A stretch of 64,000 bases of DNA, from the IMG/VR virus record IMGVR_UViG_3300031595_000166, positions 1 through 64,000 of that record. The stretch is one strand, 5' to 3'. Position numbers and translations under genes: made by a program. This document shows, one piece after another, positions 9,998-21,023 of the stretch (position 1 is the stretch's first letter; the number at the start of each line of letters is the position of its first letter). The notes under the pieces were generated by a model. It had not been told where the DNA came from. It made no database searches and worked only from the letters and a program-made list of their open reading frames with translations. The DNA comes from a virus.

Positions 9998-10951
9998 TTA
10001 TGGGGCTCCATACAACTCGTACGATTTAATAATCTCTGAAACATACCGCATTGTATCTCGGGCTTCTGATATTTCAATATATTCATTGGGCGATGAAGAA
10101 ACTGAATTATGATATCCGCAAGTCATATTAACCGCGTTTTTGCAAAAATCGCGTTTCTTGATTGCAACAACATCCGTGCTCATTCCACTGACTGGATTTC
10201 GTGGTAAACCAATATCATATGCAATTTCCAACAATCTCACTGCTGTTTCGTAATTTGCCAATACGCAACTTCCAATACGGATTACCAATTCATTTTGATG
10301 ATTTCCGCGATCTATTTGAGCCAATAACTCGAATTCTTTTAATTGTTCAAACGCAACCACCGCACTGCTTTTTAGCCCAACTTCCTCATCCGTTGGAAAC
10401 AAAATTCCCATATCATATCCAGTATTCAACGCAATCCAAGTTGCAATTGCAACACCGAGTCTATCATCTCCGCCAACCTGCAATTTGCAATCCTTATCCT
10501 GGATCACTCTTCGCATTTTACCATCATGTTCAATTGTCTTGATGACCGGCTCAACCTTTTGACTTGACAATTGGCTCTTTGTTCCAACATGCTCTTCTTC
10601 ACGATCTGCCATCCAAGCATATTCACCCATGATGCTATATCTACTACTATCGTGATCACGACAAACATCTGTATGTGCAACAAGGCAAACCTTTGGGTTC
10701 TCTCCTCGAATTGCAAGCATATTGTGAACTGTTGAATATCGCTTATCTTTCTTGATACGATCTGTCTGATATCCGTCTTCGTAGATAGTGAAGCCAGCGC
10801 GTCCGAGCACTTTACGGAGCCAAGCCCTCATCACCCATTCATCTGCCTTGCAGCATTGCATAATGTGATATTCGAAGGCACTAACATCCTTTGACTTCAT
10901 TTCTTCCTTAACAATCTGTTCCGCTTTTTCACTACCAGATGAATATGACAT
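9998..10951 (-). CDS. M20/M28-type zinc peptidase (phage type)
   Basis: LVAHTDV, GGDDRLG, TDEEVG, QIDRG, STDV and NMTCGYHN metal-ligand motifs. Confidence 0.8.
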   Translation of the reverse strand: MSYSSGSEKAEQIVKEEMKSKDVSAFEYHIMQCCKADEWVMRAWLRKVLGRAGFTIYEDGYQTDRIKKDKRYSTVHNMLAIRGENPKVCLVAHTDVCRDHDSSRYSIMGEYAWMADREEEHVGTKSQLSSQKVEPVIKTIEHDGKMRRVIQDKDCKLQVGGDDRLGVAIATWIALNTGYDMGILFPTDEEVGLKSSAVVAFEQLKEFELLAQIDRGNHQNELVIRIGSCVLANYETAVRLLEIAYDIGLPRNPVSGMSTDVVAIKKRDFCKNAVNMTCGYHNSVSSSPNEYIEISEARDTMRYVSEIIKSYELYGAP

Positions 10952-11028
10952 TGTTTTCTTTTGCTTTCTCTTCCGCTTTGGAAGATAGTTTTACACATCG
11001 CCCAAAACACCTGCTTTGGGGCTCATCT

Positions 11029-11057
11029 AATCTAAGGCTCGCAACGCTCTGTGTCAA
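11029..11057 (-). promoter_or_regulatory. sigma70-type promoter
   Basis: TTGACA-17-TAGATT. Confidence 0.75.
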
Positions 11058-11073
11058 GTCTGCACGCAAACGC

Positions 11074-11541
11074 TTACATCAGGCGATACAATACCACATC
11101 TACCCTATGTAATTCATTTACAATCTTCTCGAAGTTTTCAATCATCTTATAATAATGTTCCCAATTTCCGGCCGCTAAACCACAACCAATATTAAACGGG
11201 AATGCGATACTCTCTAACTTTTCAATTTTTGCAATCTCTCGAAGGCATTGCCAAAAATATCCTTCTCGAACAATAGAACTATCGATCAATGATTTTTCAT
11301 CTGCTTTGCCGGGGTAATATTGACCACCGACTGAGATTATTTTACCACGAATAATTATGTGTCCGGGCAAGTCATCACCTTTTGCAACATACGGATATGG
11401 TCTATGCTGATAGATATTTGCTTCTGGAAAACGATCAAAAATAGATTTCGCCAATCCCGATGCTCCTCGTGAAACGCTGTTAGTCTGATGCACGATGAAT
11501 TGTTCTTTCGCGTCCAGTATGTTGCCGTTGATTATTTTCAT
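11074..11541 (-). CDS. macrodomain protein (ADP-ribose binding/hydrolase)
   Basis: GNILD, IVHQTN...GASGLAKSIF and IAFPFNIGCGLAAGNW. Confidence 0.85.
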   Translation of the reverse strand: MKIINGNILDAKEQFIVHQTNSVSRGASGLAKSIFDRFPEANIYQHRPYPYVAKGDDLPGHIIIRGKIISVGGQYYPGKADEKSLIDSSIVREGYFWQCLREIAKIEKLESIAFPFNIGCGLAAGNWEHYYKMIENFEKIVNELHRVDVVLYRLM

Positions 11542-11552
11542 AATTAATCTCC

Positions 11553-11828
11553 CTACATCAACATTAGATACTTATCTAAATTATCCGTATTTATTCCCAA
11601 GTCTTCATTTATATATTTTAACATATGCGGTATATCTCCGTGTGTTTCATTACAAAAATAAATAAAACAACGAGCAAAATTATTCCACACATCCAGTTCT
11701 CTTTTAGAATAAACTTCAATCATTGCTTCCCATATAGAACTTACACGCCTACTATCTACATGCTCTATAAAATCTGTATCAACTATTGTAAATAGTTTTA
11801 CACTGTCGTGATCAAAACTTTGGAACAT
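11553..11828 (-). CDS. family A small protein (DTDF...LxV..N...KYLMLM)
   Basis: Shares motifs with about 12 other ORFs in the window. Confidence 0.75.
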   Translation of the reverse strand: MFQSFDHDSVKLFTIVDTDFIEHVDSRRVSSIWEAMIEVYSKRELDVWNNFARCFIYFCNETHGDIPHMLKYINEDLGINTDNLDKYLMLM

Positions 11829-11832
11829 TTTA

Positions 11833-12165
11833 TCATACCAACATTAAATATTTTTCAACTTCATCAATGTTTATATTTAAATCTGAATAATGTTTATCAG
11901 TGGCAAGCATACGGATCATATCTTCATATATTGAAAATTTATTTTCAATACAATATTTTTTTAACGCAATTGCTAAGTTTCCATATACGTTTAATTCTTT
12001 TTTAGAATAAACATGAAAAATAGCGTGCCATATTGAATACCCTTCCCAATCATCAGTAAAATCTGAATCAGTTATTATATAATGATACGGGGCAATATAT
12101 AATGGATCGTCCTCATCAGAATATGATATTCCATCAATATATTTGGATTCGAACTTAATAAACAT
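11833..12165 (-). CDS. family A small protein
   Basis: TDSDF...VYSKKELNVYGNL...EKYLMLV. Confidence 0.75.
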   Translation of the reverse strand: MFIKFESKYIDGISYSDEDDPLYIAPYHYIITDSDFTDDWEGYSIWHAIFHVYSKKELNVYGNLAIALKKYCIENKFSIYEDMIRMLATDKHYSDLNINIDEVEKYLMLV

Positions 12166-12443
12166 TATTCTCTAATCAATCTCTGTAAAACAATATCCAC
12201 AATATAACTAACACTTGCCCCAGCCAATCCGAATAATATAAAATCGCGAAAACTAAATTGATCGAATGATAGCAGATATACTAAATATCCTGCATGGAAT
12301 CCAACACATGCGTAGCAAGAAAATAATTGGTAAAATAGTGGGTGCTGACGGATTAACCATATACGAGGCTTATCAAAAAGACTACTGTCTTTTATAATAA
12401 ATGTCAATCCATAGAACGCGAATAAAATTATTACTATATTCAT
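12165..12443 (-). CDS. small membrane protein (DUF1360-like CxxC...W/H pattern)
   Basis: Hydrophobic helices and CYACVGFH. Confidence 0.55.
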   Translation of the reverse strand: MNIVIILFAFYGLTFIIKDSSLFDKPRIWLIRQHPLFYQLFSCYACVGFHAGYLVYLLSFDQFSFRDFILFGLAGASVSYIVDIVLQRLIRE

Positions 12444-12445
12444 TT

Positions 12446-12661
12446 TTACATCAACACAAGTAAATGTTCCACTTCTTCAAGTTTTATATTATGCAATTGT
12501 CTTCCGGTTCTAACAAGTCTATGTGCTTCAATCCATAAATCACCATTGAAAATTTCAATCAATGTTTTTATTGGGAATAGGTATTCTTCATTTAGTCTCG
12601 CCGTAGTCCATACAAGATCAACAAAATCTAAAAACTCTTTGATTTCTTCTGGCGTGCTCAT
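12446..12661 (-). CDS. small protein with tail EEVEHLLVLM
   Basis: 71 aa ORF. Confidence 0.65.
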   Translation of the reverse strand: MSTPEEIKEFLDFVDLVWTTARLNEEYLFPIKTLIEIFNGDLWIEAHRLVRTGRQLHNIKLEEVEHLLVLM

Positions 12662-12963
12662 ATTAGCATCAAGTATTTCTGCACATCGTCTGCATATTTT
12701 TTATATTTTACACAACGATCTATATTGAATTTAATTAAATCATTCATATTATTCATATGAGTTTTACAAAAATATCTAAACGCTCTTACTAAATTGGCAC
12801 CAACATTTAGATTTCGTTTTTCATATACCTCTATAACCGCTTCGCCAATACCACCGCTCCCGACCCAATGAAGTATAATGTTTTCCACAAAATCTGTGTC
12901 AATTATCGTATAATGAATACATTTATTTATATCGTCGTGTTTGAATGTATATGATTGAAACAT
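12658..12963 (-). CDS. family A small protein
   Basis: IIDTDF...VYEKRNLNVGANL...QKYLMLI. Confidence 0.75.
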   Translation of the reverse strand: MFQSYTFKHDDINKCIHYTIIDTDFVENIILHWVGSGGIGEAVIEVYEKRNLNVGANLVRAFRYFCKTHMNNMNDLIKFNIDRCVKYKKYADDVQKYLMLI

Positions 12964-13764
12964 TTATATGTAAATTCTATTACAATTTTTGGGCTGTCCC
13001 CAATAACTGGCTTTGCCAGTGAAAGACAAAACGTTCCTTGCTAAATGTGCCGTGGATGCAGAATGTGTGTGCCCCGACAAAACAAGCAGTATTCTTTTCT
13101 TATGTTCAGACATAATGTTTTTTACTCGTTCTCCCAACTGATGATTTACATTATATGGAAGCCAGTATTTTCCAAACATTGTTTCTTGATCATTTGTGCA
13201 CTCCGCTGATATCGGAAAATGAGTTAACATATAAATAGTTCTATATTTTTCTAATGCGATTTTTAATTGTTTCTCTATAAAATCTGCACTGTCTAATGAC
13301 ATTTTTCTGCAATATTCAAAACGCTCTTCCCAAGACATTTTTTTTAATTCTGGTATCATATACCAATCGAATGTCCATTTGATATATTTCATATCCCCCA
13401 ACGAAAGATCATACCAGCCTTGTGTTCCAATAATTCCTACATCGTCTGCAAGTTCTAAAACACCTTCACGATCCATCCAATGAAGATTAGGATATTTATC
13501 ACATAGTTCATTTAACATGTCTTTTGTTTTTTGGAAACCAAGAATAAAATTACAATGATTACCCGTGATGAAGTATATAGGACAATCTATATGCCTTGCT
13601 AATTCCTCTAAATGATATCGAAGGAAAGAACTTGATATATCACCAGTAATAAATAACCCCGAAGCATTCTCTTTATTTATGGCGTGATACATTGCCCGTT
13701 TCGCCCAAGGCCAAGCGGAACTTAAATGTAAATCTGTATACCATAAATATTTTTTACTGTCCAT
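12964..13764 (-). CDS. calcineurin-like metallophosphoesterase
   Basis: TDLH, TGDI, TGNH, THFP and SGHTH motifs. Confidence 0.88.
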   Translation of the reverse strand: MDSKKYLWYTDLHLSSAWPWAKRAMYHAINKENASGLFITGDISSSFLRYHLEELARHIDCPIYFITGNHCNFILGFQKTKDMLNELCDKYPNLHWMDREGVLELADDVGIIGTQGWYDLSLGDMKYIKWTFDWYMIPELKKMSWEERFEYCRKMSLDSADFIEKQLKIALEKYRTIYMLTHFPISAECTNDQETMFGKYWLPYNVNHQLGERVKNIMSEHKKRILLVLSGHTHSASTAHLARNVLSFTGKASYWGQPKNCNRIYI

Positions 13765-13776
13765 ACAATAATTCCA

Positions 13777-14061
13777 TTATAATAATATTAACAATTCTTC
13801 CAATCGCTCTAATGTTATATCGAATGGAAACTTTATTTTCTTTGACACACATTTTTCATATTCATGGGTTCCGCCGTTTTGGTAAACAAGGCATAAATCA
13901 TCAGCATACCAATATATAATATATTTAGTGCCACCCAATCTTCTATGAATACATTCTGCGTTTTTGTTTATATAAATAAAATGAGTGACTTCGCAATTGA
14001 CACAATACAGTCCGTTGTATTGCCAATCTTTATTGCATACTGGACAATTATGGAAAAACAT
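13777..14061 (-). CDS. small CxxC...CxxC protein, tail EELLILL
   Basis: Start set at MFFHNCPVC; resembles 33408 and 33695. Confidence 0.6.
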   Translation of the reverse strand: MFFHNCPVCNKDWQYNGLYCVNCEVTHFIYINKNAECIHRRLGGTKYIIYWYADDLCLVYQNGGTHEYEKCVSKKIKFPFDITLERLEELLILL

Positions 14062-14062
14062 T

Positions 14063-14595
14063 TTAGTATAATAACCTATATTTTTCACAATAATAATTAG
14101 CGTTCTCAATTCCGTCATCATCTACTATGACACGCCAAGTCATCGGAGGTAAAAGCGCTTGTAGTCTTATATGACTTTCACAAACTAAACAATTAAAATG
14201 TATAACATTAAAAGATATTAACCCAGCTCGTATATATTTTAGATTGTGTCCATACTTGGAAAGATATTCGATTGCTTCGTTGGGATCCTCTGTATATGGT
14301 ATTGTTGCAATCATACTAATACTCTATACTTTTCACAATAAAACATAGCCGTTTCATTAAGATTATTGTCCACACATAATCTGTATTCTTTTTCTGAACC
14401 ACCATATCTTCCAAGAATAACTCTACTACCACATACTTTACATTTAAAATCCATACGCCAACGAATAGAATCACCATATTCATAACTAAATTTACTGTCT
14501 AAAATTAGGTTATGCCCATACTCTTTCAAGTATTCTATTGCTTTATTAGCGTCTTTTGTATATGGAATGGAAGCCCAAGTAATCATTTTGACCAA
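14063..14595 (-). CDS. two tandem paralogs (14063..14314 and 14311..14595)
   Basis: Shared IPYTxDxNxAIEYLxxYGHNL, CxVC and tail YCEKYRxLx. Confidence 0.7.
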
Positions 14596-14833
14596 CCAAT
14601 AATAACACCATCAATTATAATAAAATTATTATCAGAATGATCGGATGGGTATGCGTAATCATGTTCGATTACTTCACCAAGTAAATTAATAAATTCATCA
14701 TAACCAATGAGTATCTTTTTTGGCTTATTTCCAGTTCCACTATGGAAGTTAGATATCATTGTGCGAATAGCGAGTAAGATTGTGTTATTCATCTTTTATA
14801 CCAATGTTTAATATTGGGCTGGAAACCGAATGG

Positions 14834-16714
14834 CTATTCCTCAATCATTGACATTAGTTCGTTTTCACTAATAATTTTAATACCAGCAGATCGTGCTTTA
14901 TTTGTTTTCAATGATGTGCTGTCTTCCGAAGCACATACCAAGTGTGTGCTTGCTTTTCCAATTGTTTTAGCATATTTTCCGCCAGCCTCTTCAATCATAA
15001 CCGCAAGATCATCTCGCTTTGTTGACGTTTTTCCGGTTATTGTTATAACAAACCCATTCAATTTTCCAGTATTACTCATCGTCTTTACCTTTATTCCTAA
15101 TTCTAATAACTCTTCAATAATTTTTCTATTCTTTTTTAATCCATCAAAAAGATTTTTAGCCTTCACAACTCCAAGCCCTTTCACTGCTTGCAAGCAATTT
15201 TCAGGCGCGTTCATAATTTTGTCAAGCGTATCCAAACCAGCATTCATTACAAACTTTATGGAACTGCGTCCAACCAATGGAATACTCAAACTTCCAAGGA
15301 ATGTATCTAATGGTATTTCCGTAATGCTCCACAATGACTTATAAACATTCTCTGCCGACTTCTTGCCCATCCGTTCCAGCCCTGCCAAGTCGTCCAGCGT
15401 CAATTTATACAAGTCCGCAGGCGTGGCAACGAGCCCTGCCTCGACCAACTTGTCAATCAATCCATCACCAACTTCCAAAACATTCAATCCGCTAATCCAA
15501 TTAGATATACGACCTTTTATTTGGGCAGGGCAACTATTAACATTCGTGCATTGAAGATTTTCACCATTCATTACCAAGTCGCCATTGCAAGTCGGGCAAT
15601 GTTTTGGTGCTTTGAATACTGTTCCAGTTCCATTAATCACTTCTTTAACGCTTGGTATGACATCGTTATTTCTTGCAACAATTACTCTTGCTCCAATATC
15701 GATTTCCATAGTTTCAAGAAACGACATATTGTAGCAACTTGCATTCGTTATTTTTGCGCCAGCAAGTTCAACTTCATCAAACACTGCTACTGGGGTTATA
15801 CGACCCGAGTTCCCACATTGTAATTTGATATCTCTAATAATTGTTTCCGCCTCCTCGTTCTCAAACTTTGCTGCTATGGATGCTTTTGGCTTGTTGTTAG
15901 TCATACCATAACTATCAAACTTACTCATATTATTATTTGATATAACCAAGCCATCAAGATCATATGGAATAGTATCTCTTATTTCATTTTGAAAACGAGT
16001 GAAGTATGCATATGTATCTTTTCCATTATCGAATAATGAGTAATCTGGTGTAGTAAATCCAAGTTTCTGTAAAAGATTAAACTGATCTACTAATGTTTTT
16101 AGTTCAACATCATCTGTTTGTATTTTATATACAAGTATATTTAAATACTGACAACCGCTCCCATCATAAGCTCTTGCTATACCTGATGCAGCATTTCTTG
16201 CAGACATATAATCTTTGAAGTGTTTTTGATGATTTGCTTTTGATAGAACAATCTCACCACGAATTGTTGCAGTAATGTTATTGGGAAGTGTTTTAGGAAC
16301 GCCTTGCATTTTTACAACATTAACTGTAATATCTTCACCGCTACCTGATTTTCCACCACGAGTAGCAGCAACAACTAATTTACCGTCTTCATACACAAGA
16401 CTAACGCTCAATCCATCAATTTTCCAAGTGGTAAAAAACCGCTCATCGAAACAATAATCTTTTGACCACTTTAAAAACTGTTCTTCTGTATTACATTTAT
16501 TGAGACTTCCCATCACCGAAGAATGTTTATATTTTTTCCATTCTGATACTGGTTCTGCGCCAATCTCAATTATTTCATTATCATTTGGGTCAAGTTTTTC
16601 AACTTCATCGTGCAATGCATCGTATGTTGCATCTGGCACAACTGGTTCGTCATTATAATAGGCTTCGCGCCATTTACGAAGCAGATTTTTCTTCGCTTCA
16701 ATTTGACTTGACAT
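14834..16714 (-). CDS. ligA: NAD-dependent DNA ligase
   Basis: YY...DATYD, KIDG adenylation motif, IRGE, DGLV, GRITPVA OB fold, CPTC...C zinc finger, HhH repeats and C-terminal BRCT (ITITGK...KARSAGIKII). Confidence 0.96.
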   Translation of the reverse strand: MSSQIEAKKNLLRKWREAYYNDEPVVPDATYDALHDEVEKLDPNDNEIIEIGAEPVSEWKKYKHSSVMGSLNKCNTEEQFLKWSKDYCFDERFFTTWKIDGLSVSLVYEDGKLVVAATRGGKSGSGEDITVNVVKMQGVPKTLPNNITATIRGEIVLSKANHQKHFKDYMSARNAASGIARAYDGSGCQYLNILVYKIQTDDVELKTLVDQFNLLQKLGFTTPDYSLFDNGKDTYAYFTRFQNEIRDTIPYDLDGLVISNNNMSKFDSYGMTNNKPKASIAAKFENEEAETIIRDIKLQCGNSGRITPVAVFDEVELAGAKITNASCYNMSFLETMEIDIGARVIVARNNDVIPSVKEVINGTGTVFKAPKHCPTCNGDLVMNGENLQCTNVNSCPAQIKGRISNWISGLNVLEVGDGLIDKLVEAGLVATPADLYKLTLDDLAGLERMGKKSAENVYKSLWSITEIPLDTFLGSLSIPLVGRSSIKFVMNAGLDTLDKIMNAPENCLQAVKGLGVVKAKNLFDGLKKNRKIIEELLELGIKVKTMSNTGKLNGFVITITGKTSTKRDDLAVMIEEAGGKYAKTIGKASTHLVCASEDSTSLKTNKARSAGIKIISENELMSMIEE

Positions 16715-16734
16715 TTTATTTTACAACTTTCTAA

Positions 16735-17160
16735 TTATAGCAATCGCAATCGTTTTATCGATTTGCTAACGGTGCTCTTAAGTATCGGAGATAGGCTTGC
16801 ACAAGTTTCGGTTCCCGGTTCAAGTTCCGTTTTCCCGTTATCTTTGACAACAAAAAAATTATCTTTACCAAACTCTATCTTCAACTCTTCCCATTCCTTG
16901 TCGTCCGCTTTCAGTATAATCTTCGTTGAGCCGTTTGTCAACCAGCGCGTGGTTAGCTCCGTATGATTTAATTCATTTTGAGGTAAGCAATGTAATTTTG
17001 CATTAATCGCCAGCGCCTTGAAGTAATGAATTAATGCATACTGTATCGAATGTCCAATTTGGGCGCCAGTCTTTCCAATACTCATACCCAATTCTTCTCT
17101 CACAATAATATACATTACCACTGGATCGTAAGTATTTTCAGGCATCGTTTTTTCTCCCAT
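16735..17160 (-). CDS. peptidyl-tRNA hydrolase, Pth2 type
   Basis: MYIIVREELGMSIGKTGAQIGH, KIILKA and KDNGKTELEPGTET. Confidence 0.88.
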   Translation of the reverse strand: MGEKTMPENTYDPVVMYIIVREELGMSIGKTGAQIGHSIQYALIHYFKALAINAKLHCLPQNELNHTELTTRWLTNGSTKIILKADDKEWEELKIEFGKDNFFVVKDNGKTELEPGTETCASLSPILKSTVSKSIKRLRLL

Positions 17161-17194
17161 CTTTTTACATCGTTATTCTTATACTGTGGAATGC

Positions 17195-17437
17195 CTAAAT
17201 CAACAAAAGATATTTTTCAACTTCGTCTTTATATTTTTCTGGTGTGTTCTCTTTATGGATTGCTTTAATTGACATATGAACTGATTTTTTTGCCCACCAT
17301 ACATAGCCACGAACTAAATTGGCTGCAACATTAAGATTTTTATATTCATAAACGGTGGCCATACTTATCCAATAACCTTCGCAAGCCTCTTCAAAATCGG
17401 TGTCATATAATATACCATCTTCCCATTTAATAAACAT
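17195..17437 (-). CDS. family A small protein
   Basis: YDTDF...VYEYKNLNVAANL...EKYLLLI. Confidence 0.75.
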   Translation of the reverse strand: MFIKWEDGILYDTDFEEACEGYWISMATVYEYKNLNVAANLVRGYVWWAKKSVHMSIKAIHKENTPEKYKDEVEKYLLLI

Positions 17438-17439
17438 TT

Positions 17440-17745
17440 TTACATCAACATTAGATATTTTTCAATATCGTTTTTATATTTTGGATATAACGCATTATGC
17501 AATTCATTATCTCTCATTATATCTTCAATCGTTAGTTTCATATAAGGGTCAGGATCTCGCGAACAATATTCTGACCAATACTTGAATGCTAATGCCATAT
17601 TAGCGCCAACATTCTCGCCCCTAATCTCATACACTAAAAATATTCCATACCATCCACCCACACCACCAATAGGATTTGATATTGCCTCATAATTTACTTC
17701 GAAACCTGTATCTATAACAAAACCATTTTCTAGTTTTATGAACAT
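17440..17745 (-). CDS. family A small protein
   Basis: IDTGF...VYEIRGENVGANM...EKYLMLM. Confidence 0.75.
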   Translation of the reverse strand: MFIKLENGFVIDTGFEVNYEAISNPIGGVGGWYGIFLVYEIRGENVGANMALAFKYWSEYCSRDPDPYMKLTIEDIMRDNELHNALYPKYKNDIEKYLMLM

Positions 17746-17746
17746 C

Positions 17747-19411
17747 TCAGTTGCTCTTCTTAATCATCTCCTTGCAATCCGCAAGAAAATAACCTTTCAT
17801 CTGCGAGTAAATCATCTCGAAGAACTTCTCTCCGCTCTTTGGGAATGATTTCATCCAAGTTCCACCAATGAACTTCTTATGCGCTTCTTCCTTCACACTC
17901 TTTGCATTCTTCAAAAATGACATTAGATATTTACGATGGTATTCTTCTTTGCTGGCGTATTCCATTTCTTCCGATACAACGATGCTATTTAGGAATAGTT
18001 TTGCGAATGTTGTTCCGGCAAGTCCCTTGCCATGTCTCTTGTCAATATGATTCAATAGGTTAATTATACCGCCACCACCGAATGCTTTCAATTCTTCATC
18101 AATCTTTGGTTCAACAAGATCGAATACCGTTGGTGCTTTTGGCATAATTTCACTGCCATCTGGTTCCCAAGTATTTGCATAATCGTTTTCAGTTTGCCAT
18201 TTTGTTTTTGCAGCATTGTATATGACTTTACTTTCTGCAACTCGTTTTTCTGCTGCTTCATATAGTTCTCGTTTTATTTTGATCATATTATCAAGATCAA
18301 TGCATACATTTTTCTTGAAGTTTTCCGTCAATGACTTGATATTCATTGGAATGACTTTGATTGATGAAGTGTGCTCTCTTACTTCTATCGGATGATCAGC
18401 ATACGATGTTTCACCTTGCTTCAATAATTTTCTTGAAGGCTCATCAGGCATATAGTATTCATTCATTGCCCCATCAGAAGTGGCACGAACTTCAAGCCCA
18501 GACTTTTCTTTCAATACCTTTTTAAATGTAGCGAGTGTATCGGCATTGGAATTAGGATACATAGTATCTATCATCAATACTGGTTTCTTTGTATTTTTAT
18601 GAATTGCAAAACGAACCATACAACGGTTTAGCATCTTGGTTCCGTAGCCCGGAACCTCATCTTTATCCGATGATATATAGACTACGCCAACATACCTCGA
18701 TGATATTGATCCTATTAGTCCTCTTGATTGAGGCGCTGACCACGCTTGACAAGATGTTATACCACGCATAGATATCGTCCCAATATCCCAAGCCCCATCT
18801 TCACCGTATGAAGAAAAACATACTGTGTATTTTTTATTTGGCACATTGACGCGTGAAAAATCTTTGAACTCCTGATACTGTTCGATTTTCGTTGGTTTTA
18901 ACCCAAGTGCTTCTAATTCAGTCCATAGTTTATTTGCAACACGAAGAACTGCTTCATCTTTGCGAAAAACTGGATTCTTATCACCATTGAATAAATCAGA
19001 ACGAAGACGCATAACAACCTTACCGTCTTCAACTTTTATATACTCACTTAACCTTAGAGAATACGCAACTGTATCAATAAGGCTAATCATAGATTGAATG
19101 CTACAACATAATTCGTTTCTATTTTTCTCTGTTGATTTTAGTGCTGTTTCAAGATTTGAATATAACTTAGTTTTAAATGCATTCAACTCATAAATAATTT
19201 TATTGCCAAGATATGTTGCTGATGTTTTTGCCTCAGCGGTATTCATAATTTCGCAGGGTTCTTTGAAGTTTGCAAGTCCAATTTTTGGAAAGACTTTATC
19301 GATTTTATTCATATCCTTGAATACCTGATGGTTTTTGATCCATTCAGGGTATTTTCGTTTACCATTTATGATATAATCGATACCAGTAGATTTTTCTATT
19401 TGTGTGTTCAT
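17747..19411 (-). CDS. uncharacterised protein, paralog 1 of 5 (WDIxTxSMRGIxSCQ family)
   Basis: Core FSSYGEDGAWDIGTISMRGITSCQAW...GTKMLNRCMVRF...IDTMYP. Confidence 0.85.
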   Translation of the reverse strand: MNTQIEKSTGIDYIINGKRKYPEWIKNHQVFKDMNKIDKVFPKIGLANFKEPCEIMNTAEAKTSATYLGNKIIYELNAFKTKLYSNLETALKSTEKNRNELCCSIQSMISLIDTVAYSLRLSEYIKVEDGKVVMRLRSDLFNGDKNPVFRKDEAVLRVANKLWTELEALGLKPTKIEQYQEFKDFSRVNVPNKKYTVCFSSYGEDGAWDIGTISMRGITSCQAWSAPQSRGLIGSISSRYVGVVYISSDKDEVPGYGTKMLNRCMVRFAIHKNTKKPVLMIDTMYPNSNADTLATFKKVLKEKSGLEVRATSDGAMNEYYMPDEPSRKLLKQGETSYADHPIEVREHTSSIKVIPMNIKSLTENFKKNVCIDLDNMIKIKRELYEAAEKRVAESKVIYNAAKTKWQTENDYANTWEPDGSEIMPKAPTVFDLVEPKIDEELKAFGGGGIINLLNHIDKRHGKGLAGTTFAKLFLNSIVVSEEMEYASKEEYHRKYLMSFLKNAKSVKEEAHKKFIGGTWMKSFPKSGEKFFEMIYSQMKGYFLADCKEMIKKSN

Positions 19412-19412
19412 C

Positions 19413-21023
19413 TTAATTTATAACCTTTTTCATTTCAAGTTTAATGAACTCAATCATTAGTGAATATAAATACTCCGTGAATACTTCCATATTCACTGTT
19501 CGTGAGGCATGTGCTTGAACTTGCGGGGTAAGAACTGAGACTGCACGAGTAAATACTTTTTTTCTATTTATCAAAATATCCATTAGATATTTTCTGTAAT
19601 AGGACTTGCTATCTTTGTAGTTTTTACTACTTGTCGCTGGAAACACACTCATCATATGAAGTGATATGGCATCACAAAACGGTGTGAGCGCCACATTCAT
19701 CATAATGTTTTTTATGGTCTTTTTTATTTCGTCATTGACAATGGAATTACCATTATACACATCTTCCATCTTTTTAGAAAAGAACAATGGAAGGTTTGCC
19801 CTGAACCCACGAACATCTCGTTCAATTTCTTCTTTGCTATGTGTCAATAAGTAATACACATTGATATCTTCTTTTGATTTCAATGGTGTATCTTGATACG
19901 ACAACTCCCGATTGGAAACTTCGTTTCTAACCTTTTCTGATGGAGAATAAATATGTTTTATCTTATTCCCAAGTTCTGGTGCGTAATAGACTGGTAGTTT
20001 GGTTTTTGATTGAAGGATTTTTGTAAAAATACCACACACTTCTCTATCGTATTCAGGATACATTTTATCAATCAAAATGCAAGGCGCTCCTTCATCAGAA
20101 TCGATTGCATATCTTACAACACAACGACGCAACATCTTTGTTCCAAGATTAGAATATGTTGGATGATCGTCTGCTTTTACGCCTGATGTTAGGTAAATTA
20201 TTCCAACATACCTAGAAAGAATAGATCCTATTAGACAACGAGGATATTCTCCATCCCAACGCTGACAAGACTTTATTCCACGCATAGACATTGTAGCAAT
20301 ATCCCAAGCGCCAGCCTCACCTTCCGACGAAAAAACAACACTGTATTCTTTGTTTGGCATATTTTCTTTGCTGAAAACTTTGAACGGTTCCGTTGTTTCA
20401 AGATTTGTAAATGGGATATCAAGCGCAAGGCATCGTTCTTTCAACGCATTGAATATTCTGAATAGTGGTTCATCTACTCGAAAAATATTTTTACCTTCTC
20501 TTTGATCTGGTATATTTGCCACCAACTTTAATACTACCTTACCTTCCGTCATATGAACAGAACCGTTTATTACATTTGGATCATATGGGTCTGTATATGA
20601 TGACAATATACCAAGGATTTTTGACATAAAATATAGATCATTGACCTTTGATCTGTTTGCTTCGCGTTCTTCTTTTGGAGAAAGATATTGAATCCTATCC
20701 CCCATCATTGATGCGCTGTCTCTTGCATTGGTAAGAATACCAGACATTTTCTGCAAAAGATTGAAAACATAACCACCCTCTTTTTTTATGTTGTCGAATG
20801 CCTTGTCAATCTTTACCGTGTCAGAAAAATTAGGAAGCCCGATTGACGGGAAGACTTTGCTAACTTTTATTGGGTTCTTGAATAATGTGTGATCTTTTAT
20901 GAACGCTGGAATATTTTTATCTTTAAATAATTCCGTTGAAACTGGGATCTTTTTTGCCTGTTGTATTTTTTTAGTTTCTTTTATTTTATTAGTTTTTTCC
21001 ACGGTTATTTTTCTCCCAATCAT
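19413..21023 (-). CDS. uncharacterised protein, paralog 2 of 5
   Basis: FSSEGEAGAWDIATMSMRGIKSCQRW...IDKMYP. Confidence 0.85.
   Translation of the reverse strand: MIGRKITVEKTNKIKETKKIQQAKKIPVSTELFKDKNIPAFIKDHTLFKNPIKVSKVFPSIGLPNFSDTVKIDKAFDNIKKEGGYVFNLLQKMSGILTNARDSASMMGDRIQYLSPKEEREANRSKVNDLYFMSKILGILSSYTDPYDPNVINGSVHMTEGKVVLKLVANIPDQREGKNIFRVDEPLFRIFNALKERCLALDIPFTNLETTEPFKVFSKENMPNKEYSVVFSSEGEAGAWDIATMSMRGIKSCQRWDGEYPRCLIGSILSRYVGIIYLTSGVKADDHPTYSNLGTKMLRRCVVRYAIDSDEGAPCILIDKMYPEYDREVCGIFTKILQSKTKLPVYYAPELGNKIKHIYSPSEKVRNEVSNRELSYQDTPLKSKEDINVYYLLTHSKEEIERDVRGFRANLPLFFSKKMEDVYNGNSIVNDEIKKTIKNIMMNVALTPFCDAISLHMMSVFPATSSKNYKDSKSYYRKYLMDILINRKKVFTRAVSVLTPQVQAHASRTVNMEVFTEYLYSLMIEFIKLEMKKVIN

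Noticed and set aside
15350-15460. GC-rich patch inside ligA with two TTGAC hexamers and a repeated AGCCCTGCC
   Set aside because: No -10 box at 16-18 nt spacing and the protein reads through as a normal HhH region, so it cannot be called a promoter or an insertion.
14834-16714. Intein or intron in ligA, the helicase or gltX
   Set aside because: Lengths and motif spacing are normal and no splicing motifs are visible.
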